From NCBI GenBank assembly GCA_032718475.1, contig JAUCBJ010003294.1, positions 1 to 33,737 of the forward strand: a DNA stretch of 33,737 nt, written 5' to 3'. The DNA is from Nemertoderma westbladi. Lineage: Eukaryota > Animalia > Xenacoelomorpha. The position numbers and the translations under genes were made by a program. Below, piece after piece: positions 31,783 to 33,737 of the stretch (the first letter of the stretch is position 1; the number at the start of each line of letters is the position of its first letter). The notes below the pieces were generated by a model. It made no database searches. It saw only the letters and a program-made list of their open reading frames with translations, and was not told the DNA's origin.

Positions 31783-33229
31783 AGTAGTACAGTAGTAGTA
31801 TTGTTTTGTTTGTGTTATATAGAGATTGTCAGATTGTATGTAGTTAGGCCTACCATATAATTATCCATCCCGCAGTTCAATAACTGTGTATGCTCTTACA
31901 TTTAGGGTTTTGGATTTTGGGTAGGAAATGTCTGTAGGTTTCTTATTCCTGTACCCATCTGTACTATTGTACTTGTTACAGCAGTATCTGATTTTTTTTT
32001 ACTTTAAGGTTTGTGGTTTGTGATAATCGCAAATTGGGATTTAAACGCACTTGGCTTGTAATTGAATTATATTGATTTCAACGGATTCAGGTGAGTTTAT
32101 TTTTTATGTTATCTATTACGGTAGGGTTACTTAATGTTCTGATATTTTGTCAGTTCGTCTATATCGGCATATTCTGATATGGCTACAGACAGGCATACAG
32201 ACAGACAGACAGACATAAATTAATTACACCTAAATTCAATAGGCCTAGGCCTACAGCAATCCTAAGTTTAATATGTGAAAAATCTTCGCTAACATTATTG
32301 GAAATTATAATATTTCCATGCCGTGGAATTATATAATTATTTTGCATCAGTTACCTTAATATATCGCTTATTATATTTTTGATATATTTAGAAATTTGAT
32401 GCGACTTCTAGTTACCGAGATATAGCAATTAATGTGTAACACGCCAGTGTAAATATTACTAATTTCCCATTGAATCACAGCTTATTGTGAAATTAATTAA
32501 ATTATTCTGGAACATCACCAATTCGCCACTTTCTCTTCCCTACATTTTATTTTGCTTGTGTTATGCAATTTTGCGCAGAATTTCCATGAATAAACATAAT
32601 GATCTGCAAAATAAAATTTTATAGACTTTTTTGTCATTAACCAGGTAATATATAATGTGGTTCGGATTGATTCCGAATTACTTTGGGTATTTTGCTAGAT
32701 TGACTCGACTATACGGCACATACCCAAATTCGCAAAATTATTACGTGTAACGCCTTCATGCTATCATGGCTCGCCCCAAGATATCTTTAGTTAGTACCGG
32801 TACAGATTGATATGTTTGCAGTATTGTCTTACCTATTTTCAATATACTTTTGACAGTCAGCTAACAACACATTTCCACTGACATTCAGACTGCTGAACAG
32901 TGAGCTTACATTACGTAAGACGTAAGACGTATAGTATTACTGAATTACGTAAAAGTCAGGAGAAAGAGAATTAATAAACTGTTGTAATTGGTTTATCAGT
33001 TATATTAATTTATAAATGCTTATGTGTTAGTTACTCAAGGGTTATGCATGGAGCAATATAATCCTTTCAGTCATTCCTATTGGAAATCTTAACCACTGCA
33101 GCTATGGCTGTTTGGCATGTTATTTTATCAATGCAAAATTGTTATTAGGCATGATAATTATATCGGCGGACTATATGGGAATAACTCATAAAAAACTAGT
33201 AATTTAACACTGAGTTCCATTGTGTACCA

Positions 33230-33490
33230 GGATGCAGTGCAGGTTGCACAACCCTGCCTGTGATGCGCAGTGCTACAGATAAGCAATGGGGTGTTATTAT
33301 GGCAAAATCGTATTGCCAAGACACAGCATCCCCCTGCAGAAATACAGGATGGAGATTGCTGGCACTTCTTCGCCGGCAAAATCCACCTGTACACAACCTT
33401 TTGCTGTGAAAGTCTGCTTGTGAGAATATAAGTGGAAGACAACAAATGACTTTCCTTAAAGGCCTGCTTAAGGAAACCGACTTCAGAACT
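33230..33490 (+). mobile_element. Very old RTE 3' fragment
   Basis: YRMEIAG.. and VHNLLL*KSACENISGRQQMTFLKGLLKETD resemble the RTE C-terminus at 7490-7700. Confidence 0.55.
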
Positions 33491-33737
33491 GTGCGATGTT
33501 GCTGTGTCCGCCGGCAGTGCACATTAGTACAAGCCAATCACTATCACCAATCATTGTGTAGCTTGTACTACTGTGCACCCCGTACCTTTGTGAAGCATTT
33601 ATACCAATGTGTTTTGTAACATTGACAGTAACGTAGTTCTGACAGTAAACCTCGTTATTATTATTAGTTCCAATGGAATATAATCTTAGTACTAAACCGG
33701 GCATCATTTATTCTAAACCGTGTATATCAATATTTCT

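Noticed and set aside
31130-32096. Possible promoter and non-coding exons of a second gene (GTGAGT donors at about 31414 and 32091)
   Set aside because: No coding frame or homology supports it; splice-like motifs alone are insufficient.
33158-33707. Overlapping minus-strand ORFs of 74-113 aa
   Set aside because: No recognisable protein; the region is better explained as a decayed RTE fragment on the + strand.

Overview
AT-rich eukaryotic genomic DNA, probably from an invertebrate and possibly an echinoderm (inference only). It is not prokaryotic. It contains one spliced host gene that the ORF track misses: a GM2-activator-like ML-domain lipid-binding protein with 4 exons at 4527-8306 (+). 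The rest is nested mobile DNA. The centrepiece is a complete, young 12.9-kb BEL/Pao LTR retrotransposon (10879-23767, - strand) with TG..CA LTRs about 99% identical and a 5-bp GTAAC target-site duplication (TSD). It keeps a very long Gag and a protease but lacks RT, the RNase H core and integrase. It carries an unidentified ORF-like 3' cargo. It has no tRNA-type primer-binding site (PBS); instead the PBS position is perfectly complementary to a 13-mer inside its own LTR, which makes it a candidate for self-priming. The 3' end of a diverged sister element (1-2668, +) faces it. Also present: a young 5'-truncated RTE LINE with a 15-bp TSD nested in a long-TIR DNA element, a 2.3-kb non-autonomous TIR element, old RTE fragments, MITE-like repeats, a probable tRNA-derived SINE and a degenerate hammerhead ribozyme. 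All alignments and counts were made by eye.
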